Positions 1-13,720 of a stretch of 64,000 nt of DNA are shown here, piece by piece. This DNA is from Camelus ferus. Its lineage: Eukaryota. Both the position numbers and the translations under genes were made by a program. The number at the start of each line of letters is the position of its first letter. The first letter of the stretch is position 1. The notes beneath the pieces are model-generated. The model was not told the origin of the DNA. It searched no databases and saw nothing but the letters and a program-made list of their open reading frames with translations. Location of the stretch: assembly GCF_009834535.1 (NCBI RefSeq), contig NC_045696.1, positions 115,818,001-115,882,000 of the forward strand, written 5' to 3'.

Positions 1-299
1 ATTTTCCATTGGATTCTCAGTCTCATTCACCTAATAATCTTATAGTAATATCCTCTTTTTATAAGGTGACCTGATAAATATCTCTATTAATAACTAAAAA
101 CCGTAATTAACAAAATGCAGAGTCAGAATTTTCTTTAGATGAAAAATGATGTTAAAAGAAGTAAAGGGATTTGCCTGAGATCACACAACTGGGGATGCTG
201 CAAACTGAAATTTTAACCCAAATGAGTACAAAGTACGCTATATGCAGCCTCTTAAAAGACAACAAGAAGGAAACAAGCTTGGATTAAAGAAGATGGCTC

Positions 300-448
300 T
301 GGTGGCTCACAGCGAAAGAGAATGTGACAATGAATATATGTATGTTCATGTATAACTGAAAAACTGTGCTCTGCACTGGAATTTGACACAACATTGTAAA
401 ATGACTATAAGTCAATAAAAAACAAGTTTTTTTTTTTTTTTAAAAAAT
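300..448 (+). mobile_element. Very short 5'-truncated young L1 3' end with TSD
   Basis: The terminus ...gacacaacattgtaaaatgactataagtcaataaaaaa resembles the other L1 ends in the window and is nearly identical to 28151-28185. It is flanked by the direct repeat agatggctc at 291-299 and 449-457. Confidence 0.85.
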
Positions 449-939
449 AGATGGCTCAAAAGCTACCAATATGTGAAAGACTGATATCCTAGACTTCAGA
501 GTACAAAAACATTGGCCACATACAACACTGTTCTGTAATTCCCAAATTTGCTTCTTGTTGTACTACAAACTGAGATTTCATATTCTTACTTGAGGGTGAA
601 TTATCTATAGATGTGATGTTTTGGGTCTACACATTTTCTTTATGGGAAAATTTCTGTAAAACTTGAGAGAACAATTTCAATTACAATTAATTGCATTCTT
701 AACCAATTGATACTGCAGTGATAAATCTACTCCTTAAGACCTTGGCCATCTATTCTGATAGTATGATATTTTTACAGAAAATCACCTTTTTTTTAAGGAA
801 ACTTAAAACTTTAAAAGCATCAGGAAGTCTGCTTTTCCCTAAACATTTAGCCCTTTGGAGAGAGGTATTCAATAGATTCTAAAAAATTTAATGAGAAACA
901 TTAGGTTTAATCCAAAATGATTAATTAGACCCAAAATGG

Positions 940-1445
940 ACACAGTTGGAATAGCCTAACAACCTAAACATTTAGTGGCTTAAACAACTTATTTTTATCG
1001 TCCATGTTCTCTGGATTGACGTGACTCTTTTTGGCAGTTCTTGCTTACGGTTTTTCATGGTTTTTTTTCTGTCAAATGGCCGAAAGGTTGGAGTTCTGTG
1101 AAAGCTCAGCTGACTCACAATTGATGTTGGCTATTGGTGAGATCAGCTGGGCTAGAGAAACGGCACGTGACTCCTACATGTGGCATGGGCTCCCGACAGC
1201 ATGGTGCTTGAGTTCCAGGGGGTGCACCCATGAGCAAGCCTTCCAAGAAACACAGGGCAGAAGTTTCAGGGCATCATATGGCTTGACCTGGAAAATCCCA
1301 AAACATCATTTCACCACCATCTGTTGTTCAAGTAAGTCACCAAATCCACTCTACGTTCAAGGGAAGGAAAATTAGACTCTACCTTTTAAAGTGAATGTGT
1401 GCACCTAAGAAGGAAAGGGGTTGATGGTGGTCAGCCTTGGAGAAT
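940..1445 (-). mobile_element. MaLR solo LTR (old MLT1 type, e.g. MLT1H-K)
   Basis: MLT1-like motifs ttagtggcttaaacaac, cagaagtttcagggc...gacctggaaaatcccaaaacatcatttcaccaccat and tcaagggaaggaaaattagactctacctttt. Confidence 0.7.
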
Positions 1446-1899
1446 ATTCATCAAAACCTCTTTCCTTTCTATGTAGTTAGATCAGGTGAAGTTTTTCTTG
1501 GCAGCTTTAGTATCTTGACTTTCCTCCTTTATACTTCCTCTTGTGGGCATAAGGAGAATTATTTGGGGTGGAAAATAATAGATCAAGGGTGATTTTGTTC
1601 CAGCAGTGTCATTTCTGGCCCTAATCAGTTACAGAATTAAATAAACTGAGCCTAATCTTTCTCAGTGAGCCACACAGAATCTACTACTCTCTACAGAGCT
1701 CAAATAAATGGTCTTTAAAATCCATCCCAACTATGCATTGTGTTGATAATTACATAAATTTTCCTATTGAAAAAAAAAACACCAAAAAACTACATTATCA
1801 GAGGTGCCATCTCCTTTCTTGGTAAATAATTAGTTCACCATGTAAGAAGCTTTCCTTGTAGGAAATCATGTTTTAAATGAAGTAAAAAATTTCCACTAT

Positions 1900-2020
1900 A
1901 GTTCTATCAGAATTCCTGTCCAGTACATGTCTACCTGGGTTTTTGCTGCCTTCAACAGTGCCTGAAATGTAGTTACTACTCAGCAAACGTTTGTTGAATC
2001 TTGAGTAAATGAAAGAATGG
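1900..2020 (+). mobile_element. L2 3' end fragment
   Basis: acagtgcctgaaatgtagt...ctcagcaaacgtttgttgaat...aatgaaagaatg matches the L2 terminus pattern. Confidence 0.65.
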
Positions 2021-3592
2021 TTGTGTGCATGATACATTAGTATTGTCTGAAATAGCACATATATATATTCCCCAGATCCCAGGAAAGACAAATACTTTCT
2101 CCTGGATTTTATTTGCATGGGTGCAAATATAGAATAACAATTTATGTGACATTTCTATAGCATAATGCAACTAGATTCATAATCTCTAATCTTTATTGTA
2201 TGGAATTGCATGCCATACTCATAACTCAAGCCCCAGGAGCCATCTCCTCACAGTGCTCCCGAAGTTCAACAGAACTCTGGACACTTTGAGTCAGGTAACA
2301 AAATTAGAAACTCAGTAGATAGTGGAAAATCAGGTCTCTAATATAAAATCCTCCAAAGATCTTGCTAAGGTATAATTTCCATTTTGATCCTGTTTCTGGG
2401 CAGAAGAATCTGCCACGCTCCCCTGAGACAACAGGCCAATGCATGCACAGCCTGCCTCTGCGGCATTGTCGTTTGAGTTGGTCAGGTGCCCTGGCATCGT
2501 GCTTCCAAGGCGATTGTGAATGTCCCAGGTAATGGGCAGCTTGGCGGTTCCGGCTCATGTCCATGTGGCCTGGGGGGCCAAGTACTCCAACACTTTTGGA
2601 AATAGTGTTGCCAAAATCCTGACACCCCTTAATCACTGATTAAGAAACTGCAGTTGATTCAAATAGGACATTATGATTTTATGAGTCCCTCTATTAGCCT
2701 GGGAATGACTACATACTGCCAGAATCATAGAGGTCTGGCTTTGCTCCAAGCTGTGTCCCACATACATACCAATTTCATTAGAAAAAAGCTTTGTGTACAA
2801 AGAATTAGTCAAATTCCTGAGGTGATAGATCTTTCCTACCTTCTCTGTATTAGAAAACCCTGTAACAAATAAAGTTTTCAGAAATACCAATGTGCTCTTT
2901 TATCTTAGTATTTCCTTATACATGATTTTTCTCCTTGTCGTGCTGTGGTTTGTATCTACTTCAAGGCCAAGGGATAAGGACATGCCAAGAGAGAAGGACA
3001 AAAGGAACAGCGTGATTACAAACAGTTAAGGTTTGACATCTGCCATCTCAACTGGATTTTAAATTTTTGGGCAAGATGATAGTGAAAACTAGGATTTGTC
3101 TTTAAAAAGGGTTTGTGTTAATTTTCCTATCATATCTCTTCCACTTGAAATATCAAGAAGTAATCCTGCTCAATTTGATCATAGGATTTTACAAAATGGA
3201 ATTTTCTCCTAAACTGGAGGGAAAAAGAAGGGAAGCTGTTTCCAGCCCTGACAGGTTAAGAAGAGGGAAAGGAGGAATGATAAACATGCTGAACCCTGTG
3301 TGTCCAGGCCAAGGTCATAAAGAATGAAGTCCATGGTATGAGATGGGTGGAGAGGAATCCTCAGAGTAGACAGGTTTCTAGCTCCCTTCTCATTTGGACT
3401 CAAGGCAGAGATTCTGGGAAGGGTTTCCCCACCACTTCATACGATCATTCCAAAGGAGTAAACAAAGAGGGCTTGATAGCATGGTCAGATGAAGGGGACA
3501 ATTGTTTAGCACTCAAGAGCTGCCATTGGCCATCAGCTCCAAAGTGGCAGAAATAAGCAGAAGTTCTCACACACTTCCTAAGGGTCAGGGAG

Positions 3593-4547
3593 TGTAGTTG
3601 ACAGCTTCTAAGTTGGAGCCGATGATCCCCACCTCCTGGTTTTCGCAGCCTTGGGAAACCTCCTCACTTTGAGTAACTTCCTTCTAACCGATATAGTGGA
3701 GTCATCTGAAGGGGATGTCAGCTCTGTGATTAGGTTTCCAATACTGTGACTTCTGTCTTGCTAGCAGATGCTCTCTACTGCTGTTGCAGGGTGCACAGTT
3801 TAATGAAGGAAGCAGCCATGTAGCGGGGAGCAAAGGGAGCTATGGCAGTCTGCCCAGGTGCCATAACAGAATACTGTAGATCGAATGCCTCAAAGAACAG
3901 AAAATTACCTTATCACAGTTCTGGAGACCAGAAATCTAAGATCAAGGTGCCATCAGGGTTGGTTTCTGATGAGACCCATCTCACTGAGTGTTTATGGCTA
4001 CCTTCTCACTGTGCTCATGTGGCCTTTCCTCTGCGTTTACGTGAAGAGAGAGAGAAAGAGAGATCCTGATATTTATTCCTCTGCTTATAAGGACACAAGA
4101 CCTATTGGATTAAAGTCCCATCCTAATGGCCTCACTCAACATTAATCACCTCCTTAGAGTCCCTGTCTCTAAATAAATGCATACTAGGGGTTGGGGCTTC
4201 AACATATGAACTGGGGGAGGGAGGCATGTAAGTCAGTCCATAACAGTAGCCCTTGGAAACAGTGAGTGAGGATCTGAGGCCCTCAGTCCAATAGCTAATA
4301 AAGGTCTGAATGCTGCCAACAACTAGCGAGGGATCCTGGAAGCAGACCCTTCCCTGGTTCAGACTTCAGGTGAGACTGCAGACCTTGCTCTAACCCCTGG
4401 ACTCCAGGCTTGTCAGAGACTGTGAAACAAAGGATTACAGATAAGCTGTGCCAAGATTCTTGACCAACAGGAACTACAAAATGGTAAATAGTTTTAAACC
4501 ATTCAGTTTTGGGGTAATTTGTTACACAGCAGTAGATGCAACAGATA
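3593..4547 (+). mobile_element. MaLR solo LTR (MLT1D/E/F type), interrupted at 3841-4245
   Basis: The 5' part contains gatccccacctcctgg. The 3' part has gaggccctcagtccaa...gaatgctgccaacaac...ggaagcaga and ends ggggtaatttgttacacagcagtagat. Confidence 0.75.
3841..4245 (-). mobile_element. MaLR solo LTR (MLT1A/B type) nested in the older MLT1
   Basis: Contains cacagttctggagaccagaaatctaagatcaaggtgcc and ends cagtccataaca. It is 405 bp with near-perfect 5-bp flanks ggagc (3836-3840) and gtagc (4246-4250). Confidence 0.85.
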
Positions 4548-4689
4548 GTTAATAGGAGCAGTAGGTGTCCTGAGAGGCAGTACATCATCATGGAGGCCAA
4601 GAGTCAGGCAAGCACATGGTGCAGGCAGAAAGAAAGTCATTCTGACTAAAGCAAGCCTGCTGTCTCTCCTCGGTATGTTATGAAAGCAG

Positions 4690-4940
4690 GGAGGTTAAAG
4701 TGTGGGTAAGAAGGTTGGTTCTCAAAGTCAGGGAAACCTGAATTCCAATCTCTCTGACACTTAACAGTGCACACTGGGGCAAGTCACTTTATAGTAAAAG
4801 TGAATGCAAAGTGGTGATGAAAAACAAAGTGGCTTAATATCTAAAATGGATATAAAAACTGTTCTGAGAAAAAATGAGTTAAATGAGAGTAAAATATTTT
4901 GCACAAAGAAAGTGCCTGATGGACATTAGTTATTGGTGTT
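4690..4940 (+). mobile_element. MIR SINE, degenerate
   Basis: aaagtcagggaaacctgaattccaatctc...ctggggcaagtcactt, followed by a MIR-like 3' part. Confidence 0.6.
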
Positions 4941-5050
4941 AGGACGCAAGTAGGGAAAAATGGGTAGGACTGGGGATTAAAACACATATTGAGCTCCTAA
5001 TATGTGCCAAGGAATTTACTATGTTTTATGTTTAATATGCTGTATGTTTG

Positions 5051-5848
5051 GCATCGTTAAAAAGTCCACAAAAGACAAATGCTGGAGAGGATGTGGAGAA
5101 AAGGGAACCCTACTTATACTGTTGGTAGGAATGTAGTTTGATGCAGCCTCTATGGAAAACAGCAAGGAGATTCCTCAAAAAACTAAAAAGAGTTACCATA
5201 TGATTTCACAATCCCACTCCTGGGCATATATCCAGAGGGAACTAATTCTAAAAGACACCTGCACCCCAATGTTCATAGCAGCACTATTTACAATAGCCAA
5301 GACATGGAAGCAATCTAAATGTTCATCGACAGATGACTGGATAAAGAAGTTGTGGTGTATTTATACAATAGAATACTACTCAGCCATTAAAAAAATAATA
5401 AAATAATGCCATTTGAAGAAATATGAATGGACCTGGAGATCATCATTCTAAGTGAAGAAAGCCAGAAAGAGAAAGAAAAATACCATATGACATCACTCAC
5501 ATGTGGAATCTAAAAAAAGAAAAAAGAGGACACTAGTGAACTTATCTACAAAACAGAAATAGACTCACAGACATAGAAAACAAACTTATGGTTACCAGGG
5601 GGGAAAGGAGTGGGAAGGGATAAACTGGGAGTTTGAGATTTGCAGAAACTAACTACTATATATAAAACAGAGAAACAATGAGTTTATACTGTGCAGCACA
5701 GGGAACTATATTCAATATCTTGTAGTAACCTATAATGAAAAAGAATATGAAAACGAATATATGTATATGCAAATATGACTGAAACATTATGCTGTACACC
5801 AGAAATTGACACAACATTGTAAACTGACTGTATTTTAATTAAAAAAAA
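5051..5848 (+). mobile_element. Lineage-specific L1, 5'-truncated (ORF2 C-terminus plus complete 3' UTR), inserted in a minus-strand MIR
   Basis: Encodes [33 protein letters not shown], typical of the L1 ORF2 C-terminus. The 3' UTR ends gacacaacattgtaaactgact plus an A tail. MIR halves lie at about 4980-5030 and 5915-6060. Confidence 0.92.
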
Positions 5849-8729
5849 TTTGAATGCTATATGAACTATACATGCTCTTGCTTCCTTGGTATGATGATTT
5901 CTATATAGATCTTGCATCCTCTGAACAATTCTTATAAACAGTTACTGTCATCCTCATATCTGGAACAGGAATCGCAGGGATTGTAAGAAGCCTGACTAGA
6001 GTCACATGGGTCCCATAGGGATTTAAATCTAGGATCGTTAGTCTTGAGAACCCTGCCTCTTTTTGTTGTACCTTGTCTCCAAAATGATGATAAAAGCCGG
6101 ACAAAAATCTGTGGAGGTTACTCAGGTACTGCCGAGGGGTGCGCCAGCCTCTTGCAAACAGAAAATTTAATGACAATAAAATACTCTCTGGTTCAGACGG
6201 TCTTCCGTTTGGATTGAATCCCTTTCACTATCATTTCTGCTAATGTCACGGCCACATCAGAAAGAGATGATCATTGACTAATTTAAAATGACTTGACTCA
6301 ATTTATTTGATTTACTTCACAAAAGAGAAAAGCAGGTTTATATTCCCCACTGCTTATGAACAAAATGGGGTCAGTCACCCTTTGCACGGCATTGAATTGA
6401 TTTCTGGTCACATCTTTCTCACGCACTCCATTAGCTGCAGCTGGATTATTCTGAATTCTGATATCCTGAAATTGACCAAGTTTACATTGGGAAAGACACA
6501 TTTGCAGGGAGAAATCAGAAACATGAAAACCTTTTCCTTTCAGACAAATAAGACAGAGGTGGCTATTTAAATTGGCATATTACCCTTCTATCTCCATGCA
6601 TTCTTCTGAAACAAGCCACACTGCTGTGTACATATGTTTCTTGTGACTCCTCAATGTGCCCTAAATGTTGCCTCTGGAAAATGCAATGGTCAGGGTTCTA
6701 TACAAACATCAATGAACTTGTCAGTCCCCATCCCACCAAGAATGACAGGAAGACAAGAAAATGAGACCAGGGAGAAAAACACTAGATAAATAATGTCAGA
6801 GTCAAACGTGTTGAATAAGAAGCTGGGAGCAAACAAGGAAAATGACAAACTGTCCCAGCAAAGATACTTTCAGACGCTGTGTTTCTATTAAATGCAGAAA
6901 ATTGCCCGCTAAAATGACTACCCGGAAAAAGAAGATGGAAGAAATGTGGTATGCTGTATTTCTTCCAGCCATTTGTTAGACACTCCAAAATCCAGGAAAT
7001 ATACTCAAGGACGTATTGACCATGAATTCAGCCTTTAGATCCCTTGGGGGAAAAAAACATATTTGACATATAAAATGATCAATTATGGTGAATGCAAAGC
7101 AAAGTGGCTTCACCAATTCTCTAGTGCTCTCTGGTTCCTGTCCATCTTTAGAGGCTGTTTCACTGTTGTGGTGGTGGTGTTTTTTTGGGTGGTTTTTTTT
7201 TTTTGTTTTTTTCCCACTCTGCGTCTCTTCTCTTTTCTTGTTCTTTATTGAGTTTAATTACAGTTATTGTTCATGGGCTATTGAGCTTAAAAATCGCTTG
7301 CTGTCTTGTATATTTACCCTGTACTTGATTCATTCCCAGCTGTTGATCAGCGCTGTGCTAATCAGGCTGGGGAGGGAAACTGCCTATCTTTACAGAGCAA
7401 AGAAAGTAGTTTCATTTACTGAAGGTCAGTAAAGGGAGATAATACAATGATTACAATGTTAATCCTTCAGTTCAATTATTTTTAAATGCTCTTCTATGAA
7501 CCAACACGGGGAGAATACTTTTTGGCACTCTATTGACTCTGGTCACTAATTCCTGAAAATAGCTGAAAGAATGAAGCTGCACTTTTTCTAGAAAGAGTGA
7601 GTTAACAGATCTTGGCTCCAGGTGAAGATATTTTTGCATCTCTGCCCCAGCACTGATGCCGATGGACTGTTTTGACCCTACAGGCATAATTGGAATAATA
7701 TCAAAGAAGCTTTCTCTGCATGAAAGTTTGGCTGAAGGGCAGGACATTTCCACATTCTAACTCTCTACTTTGTGTGAAGGCAGTGTCTCGAAGTGATGTC
7801 TTTTAATATGCAAGGTGTTACCTGGGAGAAGCAACACTCTAGCTGTCACCGGCATATGGAATTTGTTCATAAAACGACAGAGTTGCAAGTCATTCCACGG
7901 GGTATATGTCCTCATTTCAGGATAAAGCAAATTGTTCTCAAGAATTGAGCTCTAGCCATTGAGGGCAGCCTCCTTACTGAAGTCCCCCAGAGCACTCGTC
8001 ACGAGGTCTGGCATGCCAACTTCCTCTCTTTACAATTAAGGTCACCTGCTAATTCATTCCAAAATTTATTGTTTGAAGGTTGTTGAAAAACCATACCTAA
8101 AATTATTGAAAAAAATATTTTAGTCACAATATAGAAGATCTACTCTAACTTTCCTTTATTTTAAGGTGAAAAAGCATGACACTTAGAGGTTTCAAATGAA
8201 TTGGTGGCATGGTCAAAGCTTCATGGGCTATTAGAAAGTCCAAGAAAGAGAAAAATCTTGCAGAAGTGAGCAACTGCTAATCTGGTATTTACCTTGAAAG
8301 CATGTGTCCATTCAACATGGCTTATACACTGGGATTTAAAGAACTTTGGGGATATAAGTCAAATTTTAGGGTCCTGAATTACCTGGAAGTTGGAATCAAA
8401 TATACCCACACAAAGACATAAAATCAGGACCCTTAAAAAGTAATACCTTCAGCATCTTGAGGGTCAGGGGATGGTTTGAAGAGAGAGAAAGAAGTGAGAC
8501 TACTTGCCTACTTTATCTCTTGGTCAAGACAAAGAAAACCTTCCCTGAGAATCTCTAGCTATCTGCTGGTCAGAGGCCAGTGTCTATACCACTTGGATGC
8601 CTCAAAGTCCCAAGAGAAGAATGTTAATTTAAATGAAGTGATGCTCAGAAGCAGAGCCTCTAGGAAGCTGGAAAAGGAAAGAATCATTTTCCCTGGAGAA
8701 ACACACTTAAACTGGGCCTTAAAATTACT

Positions 8730-11700
8730 GTACTGATAGCATATGAAGGAAAATAATGCAATGAAAAATCCAAACAAACAAATCAGATCACACAAGCTAT
8801 AAACACAAAATTGTTCAGATGCGGAACAGTGAATATGTTTACACCATTTAAAAAACGAGGTTATAAAAAGGAACGCCAAGACCTAAAAGCAATCAAAAAC
8901 AAATGGGCCCATTTGAGAAAGAAACCAACAGAATTTCTTAGAATGAGAAGAGTGTAAAAACTCAATGAATTGGATTAACAGCAAATTGGATGCAAACTAA
9001 GAGGTTATTAGGGAACTGGAATATAGAAATAAACATGTTAAAAGAATATACCAGAAGGCAAAATGAAGGCAAATAGAGAAGTTATAAAACAAGAAGGGTG
9101 GAATAGTTTTGTCTATCACACGTCTCACTGAACTTACAGAGAAAGAAAAGAGAGAAAAAGAGGAAGAGGAAATATATGAAGGGATGAAGAGAACTTTTCT
9201 AAACTGATGAACACAATTGCATAAATACTTATAAATTTGGATTAAGGAAGCACATGAATGTCCAACAGTATAAATACAAAAAAAAAAAACCCACATATAT
9301 TTATAATAGAACTGAGAAAGAAAGGAGCTTAAAAGCAGACTCACAGGCATAGAAAATAAATTTATGATTACCAGCGGGGGAAGTGGGTACAAAGGGATAA
9401 ACTGGGAGTTCGACATTTGCAAATTCACACTACTATATTTAAAACAGATAAACAGCGAGGACCTACTGCATAGCACAGGGACTGTATTCAGTATCTTGTA
9501 GTAACCTATAAACGAAAAGGATATGAAAACAAATATATGTATGTGTATGTATGACTGAAACATGATGCAGTACACCAGAAGTTGACACAGCATTGTAACT
9601 GACTATACATCAATTAAAAAAAGAGATTCATGTATTTCCAACCTCTTACAAAAATTTAAAAAAATAAAACAGTCAAAGCCTTAAAACAGTAAACCTACAA
9701 TTTGTAAAACAGTAAATCTGGCCATTTGACCACTGATTTCATATTGGATGTTAGAAAACAGTGAAAATAATACGTTCAAAATGCATTCTATGTACCTATC
9801 AAAATTTTCTTTCAAGAGTAAGAAAAACTAAAGACAATTTTAAACAAAAAAAATTGAGTAAACCTTTCAGCAATAGGTTCTTACTTTAAAAAAATGGTGA
9901 GGTATGTACTTCACCTATTTTTTATAAGTTAAATACGCATATTAAAATTTCCAAGATGACTACTAAAAATGTATACTGTAGGTATACAGAAAATATTAAA
10001 TAATAAACACAGCTCAATCATCGTAACAACAAACTCAACCAACCTTAAAATTCAAGAAAAAGCAATTAGAAAAAAACAGAAGAAATAGCACAGAAAATAT
10101 TTTAGAAGTCCTTTTTAAAGTCCATAATCAAAATCAAAATAAAATGATATAATATCTCCCATGAAAATAGAAATATGTTCAGTCTGAAATTTTTTAAAAA
10201 ATCATCTACATATTTTTCACAAGAGTACATGTAACCCTAAAGAACACAGAGGGATTCAAAGTAAAGTAATGAAAAAGATATGCTGGGTACATGACAACAA
10301 TGGGAAAATAAGTCTCTTCTTTTTGCTTTACTGCCATGTGGGAAAAGTGATATTAAAGCAACAAATATGAGAGATAAAGAAGACACAAGTTAATAAAACT
10401 TTTAATACATTGCAGGAGCTGAGGGGAATATTCCAACTTGTATGAGCGTAATAACATAGTTAAAATGTATGAAGTAAAACTAACACAAGTGCAAGAAGAA
10501 AGAAACAAATTTGATGTCAGAATTGGAGGCAAACTACTCAAACAAAGAATTAGAACATTAAAACAGAACAATGAACAGGGCTGAACTCAAAGTCACGTGC
10601 AACAGCAGGTCTAACCACTTGGCATCACTGTCTGAAATAGATCATATTCCACACCTTTACCTTATCAGAGTGTTTAAAACTTGACATCCTAAAGACTCTG
10701 TTCTCTGAGTATGATGTAATATGTTCTGAATAGTTCACAATTAATTATTTTAATAATTCTAATGATTATGAATAATTATTATAATTAGTAATTCAAAAAT
10801 TTCAATTCTAAAGTTAGTTTTTAGGAAACTTCTAGATAATGAGTTTTGATGTCAAAGAATAGATAAATGTATAAATAAGAAAATATTTAGCACTGAACCG
10901 TAAGAAAAATACTATGTATTAAACTTGTGAGATATGAAATAGTATGTGAAAGAAAATGTACAGGCTTGTAAGTACATATTAGAAAATAAAACAGTCTAAA
11001 AATCAATGAGTGAAGCATCCAACTTAAGATATTAGACAAGCAAAAATAATTTCTTTGTCAAGAATAAAACAAAAGAAAATAAACAATAAATTCAAAAATA
11101 ATGAAATTGTTTTTCATGGATAGAGTGAACAAACAAAAATATATATTGACTATTTGAAAATGACTAATAAAATAAATAAGTCCCTTGGCTAATTTTAAGT
11201 GTAGACACAAAAATATACAGCAGAGATTAAAAGTTACTAAAGATATTGTGAACCACTTATGCAAATAAATTTGAAAATACTTCTGAAATGAACCAATTCC
11301 CAGAAAAATATAAGTTGCAAAAACTGACTCAAGATATAATGGAGAATCTAAACAGTCCTGTAATCATTAAAATAATAGAATCTGTAGTTGAAAGCTATCC
11401 CAAATGAAAACACCAGATCCACATGATTCTAGAGATGAGCTCAATGTCCAAGGAGCAGAAAAGTGATTTCTTTTCAGGGAAAAAGGAAAAAAAGAACATA
11501 TTCTCCAACTCACTGTGTGAGATTAACAACAGATATTAGAACAGGGGAAGAACATTGTAAGAAAGGAAAATTATGGAACAAATTATAGAACCATATATAA
11601 ATTCATGTAAATTCACATATATAAATTCATTTGTATATACAAAATATGTTTTTAATGAAATTATTTAACAATGAAAATAAATAAACTCTAGCTCCTTCAT

Positions 11701-12060
11701 GGCTGAATTCCAGAAACATAACACTGAAAATAAAGAGTCATGAAAGAATACATTTAATGTTTGTACTCAAATAAATACCCCATTCATGAAAAACTAAATA
11801 ATATTTAAAGATTTTTGCTTATATATTTAAAAGTTAAAGTGAAGTGATGGCATAAACATGGAAGTCGGGTTAGTGGTTACATCTGAGGAAGGAGGAAGTG
11901 AGCTTCAGTCAGAGGGAGGCCTACAGGGTCTTAAAAGATCTGATAATGTTCTAATTTTTGAGCAATGTGGTTGATCCATGGAGTTTTGCTTTATTGTTTT
12001 AAAATGTTCCTATAAAGTACACATACTCTCAAATATTGTATGTGTCATAATAAAAAAAAG
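8730..12060 (+). mobile_element. Ancient, highly decayed L1M (ORF1/ORF2 remnants, with an L1ME-like 3' end at about 11640-12060)
   Basis: Strongly A-rich plus strand with L1 ORF2-like segments such as gaaccacttatgcaaataaatttgaaaat...aaaactgactcaaga. The 3' end has ggaagtcgggttagtggttac...aatgttcta. Confidence 0.75.
9337..9622 (+). mobile_element. Lineage-specific L1 3' UTR fragment (about 285 bp) inserted in the old L1M
   Basis: Collinear with 5561-5848, from gactcacaggcatagaaaa to gactatacatcaattaaaaaaa. Confidence 0.9.
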
Positions 12061-12334
12061 ACTGAAGATACTATGGCTCTGCCCTGTCAGAGAATAGTAT
12101 GTCATAGACAAGTTGAGGCTAGAATTCATTTTCAGTTATCATGTCAGATCAGCTACTTCAATATTTCTTATGGTGTGTCAGGAAGTAGTGGGAACGGAAT
12201 AGGATTAGGAAGGCAGAGTCATTACAGATAAATTCTAGATTCCAACTGTAAGTGTAGATGACTTGATATGGGAGGTAAGATTCCAGTAGTACCCATGGAA
12301 CTTGGACCTGATCAATTAGAACTCTGTTTTTGTT

Positions 12335-13720
12335 TACTCATTCAACAAACATGTATTGGCTACCAAACTGAACACCAAAGAAACGCACACTCCCTGGATG
12401 CAGGGAGTTCCAAATCTAGTAGAGGAATTAGATGAAAAAGTAGGAAATGTATGATATAGCATAAGATGAGTAAGCACAAAGTTGATACAGAGAACCTGCT
12501 GTGCCAGTCACAGAGATCAGAGATGACACATAAGCTAAGAAACGAAGCCAGACCAGGAACGGATCAGGCAAAGAGTAGAGAGGAAGGAAGAGAAAAAGGA
12601 AGCAGAGTGATCCAGGAAGAGGGAGGAGCATGCACAATGGATAAGATATGGGATATTTGGAGAATTTTAAGAAATTCACAGTGACTGAATTTTCAGGGAA
12701 GGAGTAAGAAAAAGACCAAAGGACAGAAAATTAAACAGCAGACAAAAAATGAAGGCTTGCAGTCAATGTCAGAGAACTTAATTCTGAGGATGATGGGGAT
12801 CATTGGAGGGTTTTAAGCAGGACAATGTCATAGTCTAGATTTGTATATTAGAAAGATCACTCTGCAGTGTGAATATTTTAATTTTTTTTTTTTTCAGTTT
12901 GGGCAAGACTAGAGGCGCAATATACAGGATGCTATTGAAGAAACCTAGGTGAGAGAAGGTATATTACGAAAATGGGGAGAAATGGATGGATTTAAGACAT
13001 AATTAGAAGGTGCAGAATCAACAGAATGTAAAATATTGGATGTTCAAGGTAAAGCGAAGAGGGTCTCATAGATGACATTGAGATTTGGGTCCTAGGAAAT
13101 TGAGTAGAGCATGGAGCAGCCACTTAGCTCTGGAACTGAGAGAATAAGCAAAATGGGGATAAGACAGCGTGCTTGGTTTGGGACAAGCTGAGTTTGGGAC
13201 GCCTGAGCATGGTCCAGGTGAATCTGATCTGAAGACAGCCTGAAGGGCAGGTAATGGTTTTGTCTGGGGCAAAAACCTGAGGTGGCATCAGTCTCTTACA
13301 AATAACTGAAGACAGGATTTCAGGAGTTTTTAGGGAAATTATGTAGCTAAAGGACTCCAATATTTTAAAAGTATGTAAAAAAAAAATAGACTTCCAGTTA
13401 GGAAGTCAAAAACTAGAAAAAAGAAATTGGGAGGAAAATCAAGAGCGTTAGATACAGAAGCTATAGGATCTGGTAAGATCCTGACAAACGGAAGAGAAGT
13501 TAGTTAAGATGAGGAATGGCAGCTGCTGATCAAAACTGACAAAAAGAATGTGTGACGACTTCCATAAAGATAAAAACGCAAAGTCAAGGATAATGACAGA
13601 AGGCATGACCAGAGAATATTTAAACGACAACAAAAGAATAGATAGAATTCAGTTGGCTGGTTAGTTATATAAGGTAAACAAACAAAATACATAAACACCT
13701 TAGGAAGGATGTGACCCCGT
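12335..13720 (-). mobile_element. L2 LINE, long degenerate fragment
   Basis: Starts with the reverse-complement L2 tail ctcattcaacaaacatgtattg. Contains ttggagggttttaagcagg...tagaaagatcactctg and gctgagtttgggacgcctg. Confidence 0.75.

Noticed and set aside
8997..9593. 198-aa hydrophobic minus-strand ORF
   Set aside because: It is the T-rich antisense of two nested L1 fragments, and the F/S/L/I bias is compositional.
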